64,000 nucleotides of DNA from Eubacteriales bacterium (GCA_045636865.1 JAZTYJ010000025.1:10679-74678), one strand, 5' to 3'; positions 1 to 10,471 are shown, counted from the first letter of the stretch. The notes: a model not told the origin generated them from the sequence alone. Numbers and translations: made by a program.

Positions 1-617
1 TCTCTTGATTATATTTTTAAGTTCATCCGGCGAATAAAGCTCAAGACGCATTATAACTCCGAATCGGTCTCGAAGCGGTGAGGTAAGCTGGCCTGCGCGC
101 GTCGTAGCTCCGATGAGCGTGAATTTATGAAGACCAAGTCTCACGCTCCTTGCAGAAGGGCCTTTGCCGATGATGATGTCAAGTGCATAGTCCTCCATCG
201 CAGGATAAAGAACCTCTTCTATGCTTCGGTTGAGCCTGTGAATTTCGTCTATGAAGAGAATGTCATTTTCATTGAGGCTCGTAAGAAGTGCCGCAAGATC
301 CCCCGTTTTTTCTATGGCAGGGCCTGAGGTTGTTCTTATATTTACGCCCATTTCATTTGCGATAATCGTTGCAAGAGTCGTTTTGCCGAGTCCCGGAGGA
401 CCGTAGAGCAAAACATGGTCAAGTGATTCCCCTCTTCCGCGCGCCGCCTCGATATAAACAGAGAGCATATCCTTAACCTTATCCTGTCCCGTATACTCCG
501 AGAGATATTTCGGGCGGAGAGTGTTTTCATTATCGTCGCGGTTTGTGAGCATGGATGAAACCATTCTCTCTTCTTCCATATACTCTGACGGTGAAGGGTT
601 ATTGAATTCAATACTCA
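1..617 (-). CDS. ruvB: Holliday junction branch-migration helicase RuvB (C-terminus cut by window edge)
   Basis: Absent from the ORF track because it runs off the edge. Minus-strand translation from ATG 615-617 gives [19 protein letters not shown]...[22 protein letters not shown] (Walker A)...[16 protein letters not shown] (Walker B)...[22 protein letters not shown]. Lies directly upstream of ruvA. Confidence 0.9.
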
Positions 618-631
618 TAAAAAATCACCCG

Positions 632-1231
632 CTATCTCATTAGCCTTGCAAGAGCAAGCTTTATAATATCTTCTGTGTTCATTCCCGATGTATCCGCACC
701 ACGGATAGCCGCAGATATCTCATCTTTTCCGTAGCCGAGAGCAAGAAGTGCTTCAAAAGCTTCAGAATCCGATGCCGTGCTTGGTGCGACAAATGACGAT
801 GCACCGACATTTGAAACATCAAAGCTTCCTTTTGCAACCTTGTCGCGAAGCTCAAGAATTATTCTTCCCGCAAGCTTCTTTCCCACTCCGTTTGCCGCAA
901 CAATAGGCTTTTCGTCACCCATCGTAACTGCACGAACCAGAGTCGAAGTATCTGCCGCAGAAAGAATTGAAACGGCAACTTTCGGCCCTACTCCGGAAAT
1001 TGAAACAAGCAGACGGAACATCTCAAGCTCTTCACGGTCATAAAATGCAAAAAGCTCAAGCGCATCCTCGCGCACATTGAGGTGTGTATAAAGCTTTACC
1101 GATTTTCCGACCGTAAGACGCGATAGCGTCTGAAGTGATGCGTTGCATCCGAAACCAACGCCGCCAACATCAAGAACTACCGACGAGCTCCCAATTTCAT
1201 CAACAGTTCCGCTTAAATAGCTAAACATCAA
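632..1231 (-). CDS. ruvA: Holliday junction DNA-binding protein RuvA
   Basis: 199 aa: MFSYLSGTV...VVLDVGGVGF...LLVSISGVGPKVA (HhH). Sits in ruvC-ruvA-ruvB order. Confidence 0.9.
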   Translation of the reverse strand: MMFSYLSGTVDEIGSSSVVLDVGGVGFGCNASLQTLSRLTVGKSVKLYTHLNVREDALELFAFYDREELEMFRLLVSISGVGPKVAVSILSAADTSTLVRAVTMGDEKPIVAANGVGKKLAGRIILELRDKVAKGSFDVSNVGASSFVAPSTASDSEAFEALLALGYGKDEISAAIRGADTSGMNTEDIIKLALARLMR

Positions 1232-1244
1232 ATTCCCTCCGAAA

Positions 1245-1727
1245 TTACAAATTCATAAGCAGGCTTCCGATGCTGTTTGCATGGCACAGCGCGATAGCAA
1301 GCGCGTCTGCCGCATCATCGGGCTTTGGAATTTTCGAAAGCCCTAAAAGCCTTTTTGTCATATCCATAATCTGTTGTTTTTCTGCTCTGCCGTATCCGAC
1401 GACAGACATTTTAACCTGAAGCGGTGTGTATTCATAAACGGAAACGCCGCATTTGACGCACGCAAGCAGAATCACTCCCCTTGCCTGACTTACGTTTATC
1501 GCCGTTTTTTCGTTTGTGTTGAAATAAAGCTTTTCAATCGCAACGTGGTCAGGGCGAAAAACCGAGAGCAGCTCGCACATATTGTCATATATTTCAGCAA
1601 GTCTGTCTTCTATCTTCCTTCCCGCTTCCGTTCTTATCGCACCGTAGGAAAGCGGTTTCATACCGTTTGTGTCGATAACGCCGTAGCCGACAATTGCATA
1701 TCCCGGATCTATTCCCAAAACGATCAT
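1245..1727 (-). CDS. ruvC: crossover junction endodeoxyribonuclease RuvC
   Basis: 160 aa: MIVLGIDPGYAIVGYGVI...AIEKLYF...DAADALAIALCH (RNase H-like acidic residues). Its start overlaps the stop of the upstream gene by 4 nt. Confidence 0.9.
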   Translation of the reverse strand: MIVLGIDPGYAIVGYGVIDTNGMKPLSYGAIRTEAGRKIEDRLAEIYDNMCELLSVFRPDHVAIEKLYFNTNEKTAINVSQARGVILLACVKCGVSVYEYTPLQVKMSVVGYGRAEKQQIMDMTKRLLGLSKIPKPDDAADALAIALCHANSIGSLLMNL

Positions 1728-3601
1728 CGGCGTTTCCCCCTTTTCTTCCCGCCGCCTCGTTCAAACGGGCGCGCGGCATCGGGTGCTTTTCTGTTCGGAA
1801 TCTTCTCACGGTCAGGCTTTATAAGGCAACGTTTTGCCTGACCTATAAGGTCATATCTTCCCGTCTTTTCGAGAGCCTTCTTGACGAGTGCGCGGCACTC
1901 GGGACGTCGCCATTGAAGAAGCGCTCTCTGCATAGCCTTCTCCTCCTGGCTTTTGGGCACAAAAACCTTTTCCATTGTCATCGGGTCAAGCTCCGTATAA
2001 TACATACACGTTGCGATTGTTCCCGGTGTCGGATAAAAATCCTGCACCTGCTCAGGCATATGACCGATGCTGTTTAAATATTCCGCAAGCGAAACTGCAT
2101 CTGAAAGCGTGCAGCCCGGATGCGAAGAAATAAGATACGGAACAAGAAACTGATTTTTCTTATACTCTGCATCAAGGTCAAAAAACTTTTTATAGAATCT
2201 TCGAAAAACGTCAAAATACGGCTTTCCCATATATTTGAGAACACTGTCGCACGAGTGCTCGGGAGCTACCTTGAGCTGACCGCTTATGTGGTAACGGACA
2301 AGCTCTCTGAAAAACTCATCGGACTTGTCTGCCATTACATAATCATATCGTACACCCGAACGGATGAACACTTTTTTGACCTTTGGTAGTTCACGAAGCT
2401 TTTTAAGGAGAGAAATATAGTCCGTATGGTCAACCTTCAAGTTTTTACACGGGCGCGGTGCAAGACAGTTTTTCTTGCACATTCCCCTCTCCTTCTGCCC
2501 GTCACACGAGCAGTCACGGAAGTTTGCGGTAGGGCCTCCGACATCGTGAATGTATCCCTTGAAACCGGTCATCTCCGTAAGCTTTTTTGCCTCTTCAACC
2601 ACAGATTCGTGGCTTCTCGTGCTTATCATCCTTCCCTGATGGAAGGCAAGAGAGCAGAAGTTACAACCACCAAAGCAACCGCGGTTGTGAATAATCGAAA
2701 ACTTCACCTCTTCGATAGCCTTGATACCACCGAGCTTTTCGTATGCCGGATGGTAGTCCCTCATATACGGAAGACCGTAAACGTGATCAAAACGCTCCGT
2801 TGTTATCGGATACGGTGGCGGTGTCTGCACGACATAAGTATCTCCGTGCTTCTGCGCCACTGCGCGACCGCGTATCGCATCTTGTTCATCCTGCTCAATC
2901 TTTGCGGCGATTGCATATTTTCGCTTATCCTTTGAAACCTCATCATATGACGGTGCGGTAACAAAAGGATATATGCAGTCGTCAAGTGTCTTGCTTTTGT
3001 AAACCGTTCCTCTTATGTTTTTTATTTCGGAAATCGGAACACCTGCCGCAAGATTTTCCGCGAGTGTTACGATAGTGTCCTCTCCCATTCCGAACATAAG
3101 CAGGTCCGCCCCCGACTCTATGAGCTCGGATTTGCGGACAGCATCATCCCAATAATCATAATGCGCAAAACGGCGAAGCGAAGCTTCAAGCCCCCCTGCC
3201 GCTATGGGAACATCGGGAAATGCACGTCTTACAGCCTTGCAGTAGGTTGAAAGTGCACGGTCAGGTCGCTTGCCCATAACACCTCCGGGTGTATAGTCAT
3301 CCCTGCGGCGTCGATTTTTCGCAACCGTATAATGTGCAACCATCGAGTCGATATTTCCGCCCGTTACTAAAACTCCGAGACGCGGTTTTCCGAATTCGCG
3401 GAAGGAGTTTAAGTCTGTCCAGTCAGGCTGTGAAAGAATTGCAACGCGATATCCCTCATCTTCAAGCACGCGCGAAATAACCGCGACACCGAAACTCGGG
3501 TGGTCAACGTACGCATCCCCCGTGATGTAGAGGAAGTCGTACCATTCCCACCCTAATTTCTTCATATCTTCAGGACTTACAGGCAAAAACCCATTCTGCA
3601 T
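1724..3601 (-). CDS. YgiQ-family (UPF0313) radical SAM protein
   Basis: N-terminus FLPVSPEDMKKLGWEWYDFLYITGDAYVDHPSFGVAVISR and a radical-SAM cluster motif RGCFGGCNFCS. Start trimmed to ATG 3601 (MQNGFLP); the longer track ORF begins at a GTG inside ftsK. Confidence 0.85.
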   Translation of the reverse strand: MQNGFLPVSPEDMKKLGWEWYDFLYITGDAYVDHPSFGVAVISRVLEDEGYRVAILSQPDWTDLNSFREFGKPRLGVLVTGGNIDSMVAHYTVAKNRRRRDDYTPGGVMGKRPDRALSTYCKAVRRAFPDVPIAAGGLEASLRRFAHYDYWDDAVRKSELIESGADLLMFGMGEDTIVTLAENLAAGVPISEIKNIRGTVYKSKTLDDCIYPFVTAPSYDEVSKDKRKYAIAAKIEQDEQDAIRGRAVAQKHGDTYVVQTPPPYPITTERFDHVYGLPYMRDYHPAYEKLGGIKAIEEVKFSIIHNRGCFGGCNFCSLAFHQGRMISTRSHESVVEEAKKLTEMTGFKGYIHDVGGPTANFRDCSCDGQKERGMCKKNCLAPRPCKNLKVDHTDYISLLKKLRELPKVKKVFIRSGVRYDYVMADKSDEFFRELVRYHISGQLKVAPEHSCDSVLKYMGKPYFDVFRRFYKKFFDLDAEYKKNQFLVPYLISSHPGCTLSDAVSLAEYLNSIGHMPEQVQDFYPTPGTIATCMYYTELDPMTMEKVFVPKSQEEKAMQRALLQWRRPECRALVKKALEKTGRYDLIGQAKRCLIKPDREKIPNRKAPDAARPFERGGGKKRGKRR

Positions 3602-3609
3602 AAGACTTT

Positions 3610-6075
3610 TTACATTTCCTCTCTGCGCATTTTCATTTCGTTCCACTCATCACGCGTAATGAGAATTTTTCTCGGCTTTGAGCCTTCAAACTCGCCGACG
3701 ATTCCGCGCTCTTCCATCTGATCGATGATTCTTGCCGCGCGCGAATATCCAAGCTTGAGCCTTCGCTGAAGCAGCGAGGTTGACGCCTGACCGGATTCGA
3801 CCACGACGTCGATTGCCGCAGAGAGCATCTCGTCTGCGTCCTCATCATCGGCAAACGCATCTGCCGCGCCTTCGTTCTTTTCTACCTGCTTTTCAATCTG
3901 ATCCATAACATCCTGTGAATACTCTGCAGTACTTCCCTGCTTTACGTATTCGACAACTGCCTCAACCTCATCCGAAGAAATAAAGCATCCCTGAACACGA
4001 ATAGGCTTTGATGCTCCCATCGGCTCGTAAAGCATATCACCTTTACCGATAAGTTTTTCAGCACCCATACTGCCGAGAATGATATTTGACTCAATTTTTG
4101 ACGCGACCGCAAATGCAATCCGTGACGGAATGTTTGACTTGATAACGCCTGTGATGACATCAACAGACGGACGCTGTGTCGCGATGATAAGATGCATTCC
4201 CGCAGCACGTGCCATCTGACTGAGTCGCATAATGGAGTCTTCAACATCCTTCTTTGCAACAACCATAAGGTCAGCAAGCTCGTCAATAACGACAACAATG
4301 CTCGGCATAGGCTCTGCATCTCCGGTTTTTGCAACCGCCTTGTTATATGCCTTCATATCTCGCACACCGCGTTCAGAAAACATCTTGTATCTTCTCATCA
4401 TTTCAAAAACTGCCCACTGAAGCGCACCTGCTGCTTTTTTCGGGTCCGTAACAACAGGGATAAGAAGATGCGGAATACCATTATATCCTACAAGCTCTAC
4501 CATCTTCGGGTCGATCATAATGAGTCGGACCTGCTCCGGCGTTGAGCGATAAAGCAAGCTTACGATAATCGAGTTTATGCAGACCGACTTACCTGAACCT
4601 GTCGTACCCGCAATGAGCATATGCGGAAGCTTTGAAATATCGCACACCATACACTTGCCTGAAATATCTTTTCCGAGAGCAAACGAAACATCGCTTTCGT
4701 TTTTCATAAACTCTTCAGACGCGATAACCTCCGATATATTTACCATCTGTGTATTCTGGTTCGGAACCTCAATTCCTATGAGCGGTTTTCCCGGAACCGG
4801 TGCAATAACTATGCCCGATGCGCTGAGAGAAAGCGCAATATCATCTGCAAGTGATGTAATCTTTGCAAGCTTTACACCTGCATCAGGCTGAACTTCAAAG
4901 CGCGTTACCGATGGGCCTCGGACGATGTTTACAACCTTGATATCAATACCAAAATTTCTTACCGTCTCACGAAGCTTTATGCCCATATTCTGAAGTTCTG
5001 TTGATGCCGCCGCAACGTTTGACACCTTCGGTGCATCAAGAAGCGATATGGGGGGATATGAATAAATCTTTTTGTTTTCTACGTTTTCAACCTCGCCGCC
5101 GAGGACACTCTCTGCAGTTTCAAGAAGCTCTTTGTTTTTTTCTTCTTCCTGCTTCGAGCTTTTTTCTATCGCATCCAGAATATCCTGTGTAAATACTTCT
5201 TCGCTATCCTCTGGCTCATCAACAGGTGTCTCATCGGGAACAGCCTCTTCCTCTGCTACAACTTCAGCAGGTGTTTTTACATTGCTCGGCGGAAATACAT
5301 ATGCAGGAACCTCTTCTTCCTCCTCTTCCACGTGGTCATCGTCAAGCGGAATATCGATTGATGCGCGTTTTTTCGGTGATTTTTTCGGTTCATTTTTAAC
5401 TACGGGCTCTTCAACAAATTCCTCTTCCTCTTCTTCATCGTCTTCATCATATTCCACTTCATGATGCATATTTGCAAAGAGGTTTTTGAGGAAATCATAT
5501 ACTCCCATAACTGTAACATTGAATGCAACAAGAAGCACAAACAATGTTGCCGCGACAAATAAGATTGCCGTTGCTATGGGGTTTATCCATTTCATGAGGA
5601 GAGCCGTAGGAAACCCTGCAAGAACTCCACCGCCGGTAAGCATTATTCCGGACTCAACCATACTTTTCCATACAAGATCAGTCGTTCCCACAAGCGAGTG
5701 TGCCGTTGCACCTACAAAATACGGAACGAGAAGCGTCGCTATAACCCTTCCCTTTATCGGCTTTCCGCGGCAGATCATGAGAAGCACGCCCACCATTACA
5801 AGCGCAAAAGGCAAGAGCATAAATCCGACACCTATCGCCGAGCTCATAAGATTTCTTAAACCTTCAATAACTACTCCTTCTGCACCGAAAAGGGCAAAGA
5901 ATGCAAGCAATGCAATTGCAAACACAACTATCGCCCATCTCTGATTAAGCTGCGCACGTCTTTTCTGCGTTATGCGCGTATTCGACGGCTTTCTCGAAGA
6001 TGACTTTCTTCTTGTCGAGCTTGTACTTTTTCTCACAGCCTTCGACTGCGTTGTTTTTTTCTTTTTCTGCGCCAT
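3610..6075 (-). CDS. ftsK: DNA translocase FtsK/SpoIIIE
   Basis: Basic N-terminus, 4-5 TM segments, acidic linker, motor domain with [13 protein letters not shown] (Walker A) and [10 protein letters not shown] (Walker B), and a C-terminal winged-helix gamma domain [21 protein letters not shown]. Start set at ATG 6075 (MAQKKKK). Confidence 0.9.
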   Translation of the reverse strand: MAQKKKKTTQSKAVRKSTSSTRRKSSSRKPSNTRITQKRRAQLNQRWAIVVFAIALLAFFALFGAEGVVIEGLRNLMSSAIGVGFMLLPFALVMVGVLLMICRGKPIKGRVIATLLVPYFVGATAHSLVGTTDLVWKSMVESGIMLTGGGVLAGFPTALLMKWINPIATAILFVAATLFVLLVAFNVTVMGVYDFLKNLFANMHHEVEYDEDDEEEEEEFVEEPVVKNEPKKSPKKRASIDIPLDDDHVEEEEEEVPAYVFPPSNVKTPAEVVAEEEAVPDETPVDEPEDSEEVFTQDILDAIEKSSKQEEEKNKELLETAESVLGGEVENVENKKIYSYPPISLLDAPKVSNVAAASTELQNMGIKLRETVRNFGIDIKVVNIVRGPSVTRFEVQPDAGVKLAKITSLADDIALSLSASGIVIAPVPGKPLIGIEVPNQNTQMVNISEVIASEEFMKNESDVSFALGKDISGKCMVCDISKLPHMLIAGTTGSGKSVCINSIIVSLLYRSTPEQVRLIMIDPKMVELVGYNGIPHLLIPVVTDPKKAAGALQWAVFEMMRRYKMFSERGVRDMKAYNKAVAKTGDAEPMPSIVVVIDELADLMVVAKKDVEDSIMRLSQMARAAGMHLIIATQRPSVDVITGVIKSNIPSRIAFAVASKIESNIILGSMGAEKLIGKGDMLYEPMGASKPIRVQGCFISSDEVEAVVEYVKQGSTAEYSQDVMDQIEKQVEKNEGAADAFADDEDADEMLSAAIDVVVESGQASTSLLQRRLKLGYSRAARIIDQMEERGIVGEFEGSKPRKILITRDEWNEMKMRREEM

Positions 6076-6185
6076 TATGTACACCTCAAAATAATTTAAA
6101 ATCGTCCTTTTAGGGCAATGTATATTTTTACACAAATATATTATAACACAAATAAAATCAAATTGCCAGTAGTTATTTTTGCATA

Positions 6186-6216
6186 GCAAAAGAGCAGATC
6201 TGAATCTGCTCTTTTT
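6186..6216 (-). terminator. intrinsic terminator after the acyl-CoA ligase fusion gene
   Basis: Hairpin AAAGAGCAGAT-ctga-ATCTGCTCTTT flanked by A/T runs, 12 nt below the stop at 6228. Confidence 0.6.
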
Positions 6217-6227
6217 GCCGATATTCT

Positions 6228-8702
6228 TTACTTTTCAATGCCGAGGAGACCGAGGGATTCCTCACGCATTTTATATTTGAGAATTTTCCCTGCAGCATTC
6301 ATCGGGAAGTTCTTTACAAACAGGAAGTATCTCGGAACCTTGTGGCGGGCGATATGCTCGTTACCAAACTCGCGCATTTCAGCTTCATCCGCCTCCACGC
6401 CGTCGTGAAGGATAATCCACGCACAGCACTCCTCGCCGTACTTCTTGTCCGGAACACCGATAACCTGAACGTCGCGAACCTTCGGGTTTGTGAGATAGAA
6501 TTCTTCAATTTCACGCGGGTAGAGGTTTTCACCACCACGGATAATCATATCCTTGAGTCGTCCCGTAACCTTGTAATAGCCGTCGGGAGTTCTGCAACAG
6601 ATATCGCCCGAATGGAGCCATCCGTCTTTATCTATCGTCTGCGCTGTTGCCTGCGGCATCTTGTAATATCCCTTCATAATATTGAAACCGCGTGCTACAA
6701 ACTCTCCGCTTTCACCGTCGGGGAGCTCTTCTCCCGTTTCGGGATCAATTATCTTACACTCAACACCGGGGAATGCGCTGCCGACAGTTTCAACTCTGTG
6801 GTCGATATCTTCGTTAACCTCGCCCATCGTACATCCGGGAGACGCTTCGGTCTGACCGTAAACGCTGATGATTTCCTTCATATTCATCTCATCTGCCGCG
6901 CGACGCATAAGATCTGCCGGACAGTTTGCGCCTGCCATAATTCCCGTGCGGATATATGAGAAATCGGTCTTTGCGAAATCGGGATGGTTGAACATCGCGA
7001 TAAACATAGTCGGAACGCCGTTGAAGCACGTTATATGCTCATCATTTACACATGCAAGCGACGACTTCGGTGAGAAATACGGCATCGGACAGAGCGTTCC
7101 GCCGTGTGTCATCATAGATGTCATTGAAAGAACCATTCCGAAACAATGGAACATCGGAACCTGAATCATCATGCGGTCTGCCGTTGAGAGATCCATTCTG
7201 TCTCCGATAGTTTTGCCGTTGTTGACAATATTTCTGTGAGTGAGCATAACGCCCTTCGGAAATCCCGTTGTGCCGGACGTGTACTGCATATTACATACAT
7301 CGTCGGGCTTTACAAGTGATGCACGGCGGCGCACCTCTTCCTTCGGGATCTCGTTTGCGCGGTCAAGCATCTGCTCCCAGTTGAGGCATCCCGGCATATC
7401 AAAACCTACCGTTACGATATTGCGAAGGAACGGAAGCTTCTTTGCATAAAGCGGCTCGCCCGGCTGCATCTCTGAAAGTTCAGGACAAAGCTCCTGCATA
7501 ATTTCGCGATAGTTTGTATCCTTGCAGTCTTCAATCATAACGAGTGTATGAGTATCCGACTGACGAAGAAGGTATTCGATTTCGTGAATTTTGTATGCAG
7601 TATTGACGGTTACGAGCACCGCGCCGATTTTCGTTGTCGCCCAGAAGGTTATAAACCACTGCGGGACATTTGTTGCCCAGATAGCAACGTGGTCGCCTGC
7701 CTTTACACCGAGAGCAATGAGAGCCGCTGCCGCTTCATCAACATCCGCGCGGAATTCCGAATAAGTTCTCGTATAATCAAGTGTGGTGTATTTAAAAGCA
7801 TACTGGTCGGGATACATATCGACCATCGTATCAAGAACCTCCGAAAAGGTCTTGTCAATTACCTTATATTTCTCCCACACAAAAGTTCCTGTTTTCGCTC
7901 TGTTATAGTAAACAGGCTTTGAAACCTTCTTCTCTCCGCCGCTTTTTGCAATGTAATTTAAAAAGTGGGTGAGAACAATGTCGGCATCGTCAATCTCATC
8001 GTTCCACGCAACAGAGATAAAACCGTCGTAATTGAGTGATGAAAGTGCGGAGATAACTTCTCCTACAGGAAGAGTTCCCTCTCCGATGAGAACGTTTTTA
8101 CCGTCCTTGCGGTCACCGAGACGAACATATTTAATGTATGCACCGAGGTTTGTGATGGTATCCTCGGCACTTTCGCCGCCGTCAAAATACGTCTCGCGCA
8201 CATCCCAGGCAGCACCAAGAACCGCGCTTGAGAAGTAGTTTATGATATCAAGGACATTCTCCGTATGAGAAAGATAATCGGATGTTGAGAGAAGAAGCTT
8301 TACATCTGTCCCCTCTGCTCGCTCAATTGCCGGCGAAAGCTTTTCTGAAAGCTTTTCCAGATCAGGCTTTTTCTCAACGTGAACAATAACCCCCGAAACA
8401 CCTGCGCCGCGAGCCATATCCACATATCGCTTAACCGCTTCGGCATCTGCATTCTCCGAATCAAGCGCATGCGGATAAATGAGAGCAGAAACCTCAAGTC
8501 CGCGGTTTATGAGCTTGCGTTTTGAATCAGACACGCTTCCGCTGCGAAGGATGCTGTCGTGATGACGGACTCTCTCGCCGTCTGCATCGTAGATTTCAAA
8601 ACCCGAGAATCCGTAATCGTATGCATATTTGCAGAGATCAAGGAATGACGGACGTGATACGTTTTTTGTTGAAAATGTGAGTTTCATCTTAATTCTCCTC
8701 AA
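6228..8702 (-). CDS. fusion protein: xylose-isomerase-like TIM barrel (sugar-phosphate isomerase/epimerase family) + AMP-dependent acyl-CoA synthetase/ligase
   Basis: Residues ~1-260 ([10 protein letters not shown]...[10 protein letters not shown]...VHVEKKP...VRLGDRK) look like an AP-endonuclease-2/TIM barrel. Residues ~290-824 carry the adenylation motifs [18 protein letters not shown]-like [34 protein letters not shown] and GKILK. Confidence 0.8.
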   Translation of the reverse strand: MRRIKMKLTFSTKNVSRPSFLDLCKYAYDYGFSGFEIYDADGERVRHHDSILRSGSVSDSKRKLINRGLEVSALIYPHALDSENADAEAVKRYVDMARGAGVSGVIVHVEKKPDLEKLSEKLSPAIERAEGTDVKLLLSTSDYLSHTENVLDIINYFSSAVLGAAWDVRETYFDGGESAEDTITNLGAYIKYVRLGDRKDGKNVLIGEGTLPVGEVISALSSLNYDGFISVAWNDEIDDADIVLTHFLNYIAKSGGEKKVSKPVYYNRAKTGTFVWEKYKVIDKTFSEVLDTMVDMYPDQYAFKYTTLDYTRTYSEFRADVDEAAAALIALGVKAGDHVAIWATNVPQWFITFWATTKIGAVLVTVNTAYKIHEIEYLLRQSDTHTLVMIEDCKDTNYREIMQELCPELSEMQPGEPLYAKKLPFLRNIVTVGFDMPGCLNWEQMLDRANEIPKEEVRRRASLVKPDDVCNMQYTSGTTGFPKGVMLTHRNIVNNGKTIGDRMDLSTADRMMIQVPMFHCFGMVLSMTSMMTHGGTLCPMPYFSPKSSLACVNDEHITCFNGVPTMFIAMFNHPDFAKTDFSYIRTGIMAGANCPADLMRRAADEMNMKEIISVYGQTEASPGCTMGEVNEDIDHRVETVGSAFPGVECKIIDPETGEELPDGESGEFVARGFNIMKGYYKMPQATAQTIDKDGWLHSGDICCRTPDGYYKVTGRLKDMIIRGGENLYPREIEEFYLTNPKVRDVQVIGVPDKKYGEECCAWIILHDGVEADEAEMREFGNEHIARHKVPRYFLFVKNFPMNAAGKILKYKMREESLGLLGIEK

Positions 8703-10080
8703 AGACGATCTTGTTCAGCGCATTGATGTACGCGCGTACACTCGCCGCAACGATGTCAGTTGAAATTCCGTTTCCTGAATAGAGCTTTCCCTGACTGCGA
8801 AGACGGACAATAGCTGAACCGAGAGCCTCCTTGCCCTCCGTTACTGCCTGAATCTGGAAATCGTCGAGTTCATAGTGATATCCTATGCTGTTTTCTATTG
8901 CACGGAAAACAGAGTCGATCGGACCGTCACCCGTGCTGACTCCGCAGAGAAGTTCGTTTCCGCAACGGAGTGTAACCTGCGACATCGAGCTTGTGAGATT
9001 GCCGCAATTTGTTGTGTAGCTCTCAAGGTGATATTTCGACGGAGCCTGCATGGCAAAGCTTGCGATAAGGGCTTCAAGTTCTCTTGCGGCTACGCTGTCT
9101 TTCTTCTCACAGACTTTCTTGAGCTCTGCAAAAACGGTTCCGCAATCCTCATCCGAAAGGTCATATCCCAGAATCTTTGCGGCATCAGCAACCTCGGAGA
9201 GTGTGCTTTCAAAAGTGAGAAGAATTGAGCTTCGTGAGCCGTCTGCATCCTCATCGGTCTTCGGTGTGTCATGTGAAATTCTTTCAAGAAGCTCGCGGGT
9301 ACTTGTATGCACCTTCGTGCTCTTTAAGTCTGTATATGCATCAAATGCCTCGCCCCTGCGACTTATTGCATCTGAAATCGCACCTGTTGCAAGCACCTTA
9401 TCGCCTGCAAGGGCACACTTAATTCCTTCTGCACCTGCGCGGACAGCTGAAAGAGCGATTGCAACCGCCATATCGAGGCTGTCTGAAACCTGAACAAAAA
9501 CAGGAGTCTTAACCTTTGCGGTGATTTTTGCAACAAGCTCTGCCATTTCTTCGGGGAGAACCATTCCCGCGCTGTCGCAAAGAGTAACTTCCTTTGCACC
9601 TGCATTTACTGCCTCCGCAACACAACTCTCAAGGAAATCGTAATCTGCGCGCGTTGCATCAAGTGCAACAAACTCAACATCAGCACAATACTTGAGTGCC
9701 TCTCCTACAAGAGCTGAAATCTTCGGAAGCATCTTTTCTGCCTTGATGTGGTATGTATATTCCATAGCGACGGTAGATGTCGGAACAACTACCTGAAGGC
9801 GCGGCTTTTCCGCATCCTTTATGCATTCCCAGGCGGTCGCAACCTCATCCTCCGAAAAGCCTACAGGGATTGCAACCGTGCAACCCTTGACGGTTGATGC
9901 GATTGTCTTATAGATTATTGTATCCTCACGTAAATTTTTGATAGGAGCCAACTCAATAGCATCTGCGCCGAGAGCATTTGCAGCAGAAGCAATTGCAGTT
10001 TTCTCACGGAAAAGCAAAGCTACCTCGCGGCTCTGCGCAAGCTCCTTTAAAGTGATGTCAGAAATGTAGATTTTTTTCAT
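8689..10080 (-). CDS. 2-isopropylmalate synthase/homocitrate synthase homologue with degenerate catalytic motifs and an intact LeuA-type C-terminal regulatory domain
   Basis: Collinear with LeuA, but DTTLRDGEQ is replaced by DITLKELAQ and the HxH metal site (VHTHDD) by VQVSDS. The C-terminus TGDGPIDSVFRAIENSI...GKEALGSAIVRL...GISTDIVAASVRAYINALN matches the LeuA allosteric domain. ATG 10080 has RBS GGGG 8 nt upstream; the track start at 10098 is a TTG. Confidence 0.75.
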   Translation of the reverse strand: MKKIYISDITLKELAQSREVALLFREKTAIASAANALGADAIELAPIKNLREDTIIYKTIASTVKGCTVAIPVGFSEDEVATAWECIKDAEKPRLQVVVPTSTVAMEYTYHIKAEKMLPKISALVGEALKYCADVEFVALDATRADYDFLESCVAEAVNAGAKEVTLCDSAGMVLPEEMAELVAKITAKVKTPVFVQVSDSLDMAVAIALSAVRAGAEGIKCALAGDKVLATGAISDAISRRGEAFDAYTDLKSTKVHTSTRELLERISHDTPKTDEDADGSRSSILLTFESTLSEVADAAKILGYDLSDEDCGTVFAELKKVCEKKDSVAARELEALIASFAMQAPSKYHLESYTTNCGNLTSSMSQVTLRCGNELLCGVSTGDGPIDSVFRAIENSIGYHYELDDFQIQAVTEGKEALGSAIVRLRSQGKLYSGNGISTDIVAASVRAYINALNKIVFEEN

Positions 10081-10124
10081 TTTGAAAGCCCCTTTCAAAT
10101 TTATATCTGCAAAATTTTATCAAA

Positions 10125-10405
10125 CCAACAAAAAAACGCTTTCGTCTCATTGTCGATTCAAAGAGACGAAAACGTTAAGTTCAAAACTGTTTCCGCGGTA
10201 CCACTCTTTTTCACCCTTACGGATGCACTTTGGATGCCAACACATCTTAACTCTGTTACGGGAGTGCCCGTCTGCCCCTACTGCAAGTTCACGGCAGCCG
10301 CTCAACGGTGAGTTCTGCAAGTCTTCCCCGATGTCTCGCACCACCCGACATCTCTCTCGAGGCGAAAGAATTTTGCATACTATTCCGCATCACTGCGTTT
10401 ACAAT
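10125..10405 (-). promoter_or_regulatory. T-box riboswitch leader, specifier CUC (leucine)
   Basis: Minus-strand elements:
- AGTA S-turn half, AGAGAG bulge and GGTGGTGCGA distal loop;
- specifier loop GAA-CUC-A (codon is the complement of 10310-10312);
- T-box sequence AGAGTGGTACCGCGG (complement of 10193-10207);
- terminator TTTTCGTCTC-n14-GAGACGAAAGCGTTTTTTT ending ~10130. Confidence 0.85.
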
Positions 10406-10411
10406 AATGGA

Positions 10412-10440
10412 ATTTTACCACAGTAGAATATAAAAGTCAA
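10412..10440 (-). promoter_or_regulatory. sigma-A-type promoter of the T-box operon
   Basis: Minus strand: TTGACT, 17 nt, TAAAAT, with a TG at the extended -10 position. Confidence 0.6.
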
Positions 10441-10471
10441 GACTTTTTCAGAAAGAATTTCCGAAAAAGTC
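10441..10471 (-). terminator. terminator after putP
   Basis: GACTTTTTC-n13-GAAAAAGTC hairpin between the putP stop and the T-box promoter, with T-rich flanks. Confidence 0.55.

Noticed and set aside
5072-5464. Ser-rich 130-aa plus-strand ORF, and many similar 60-200-aa ORFs antisense to long genes (e.g. 777-1043, 1374-1841, 6342-6959, 9050-9493, 14718-15604, 16675-17184, 45748-46407, 54066-54698).
   Set aside because: They are shadow ORFs on the opposite strand of confidently identified genes (ftsK, ruvA, ruvC, ligase fusion, leuA-like, trmO, ligA, kinase fusion, pepF). They have low-complexity or Arg/Ser-rich composition and no RBS.
6076-6189. N-terminal extensions of track ORFs: ftsK 6076-6189, AGCS 13567-13629, tetR 60508-60546, EAL protein 29124-29315, glycosidase-like gene 53359-53442, YgiQ 3602-3646.
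   Set aside because: The internal ATGs have proper RBS spacing and give family-typical N-termini. The extensions run through promoters, operators, riboswitch platforms or the preceding gene.
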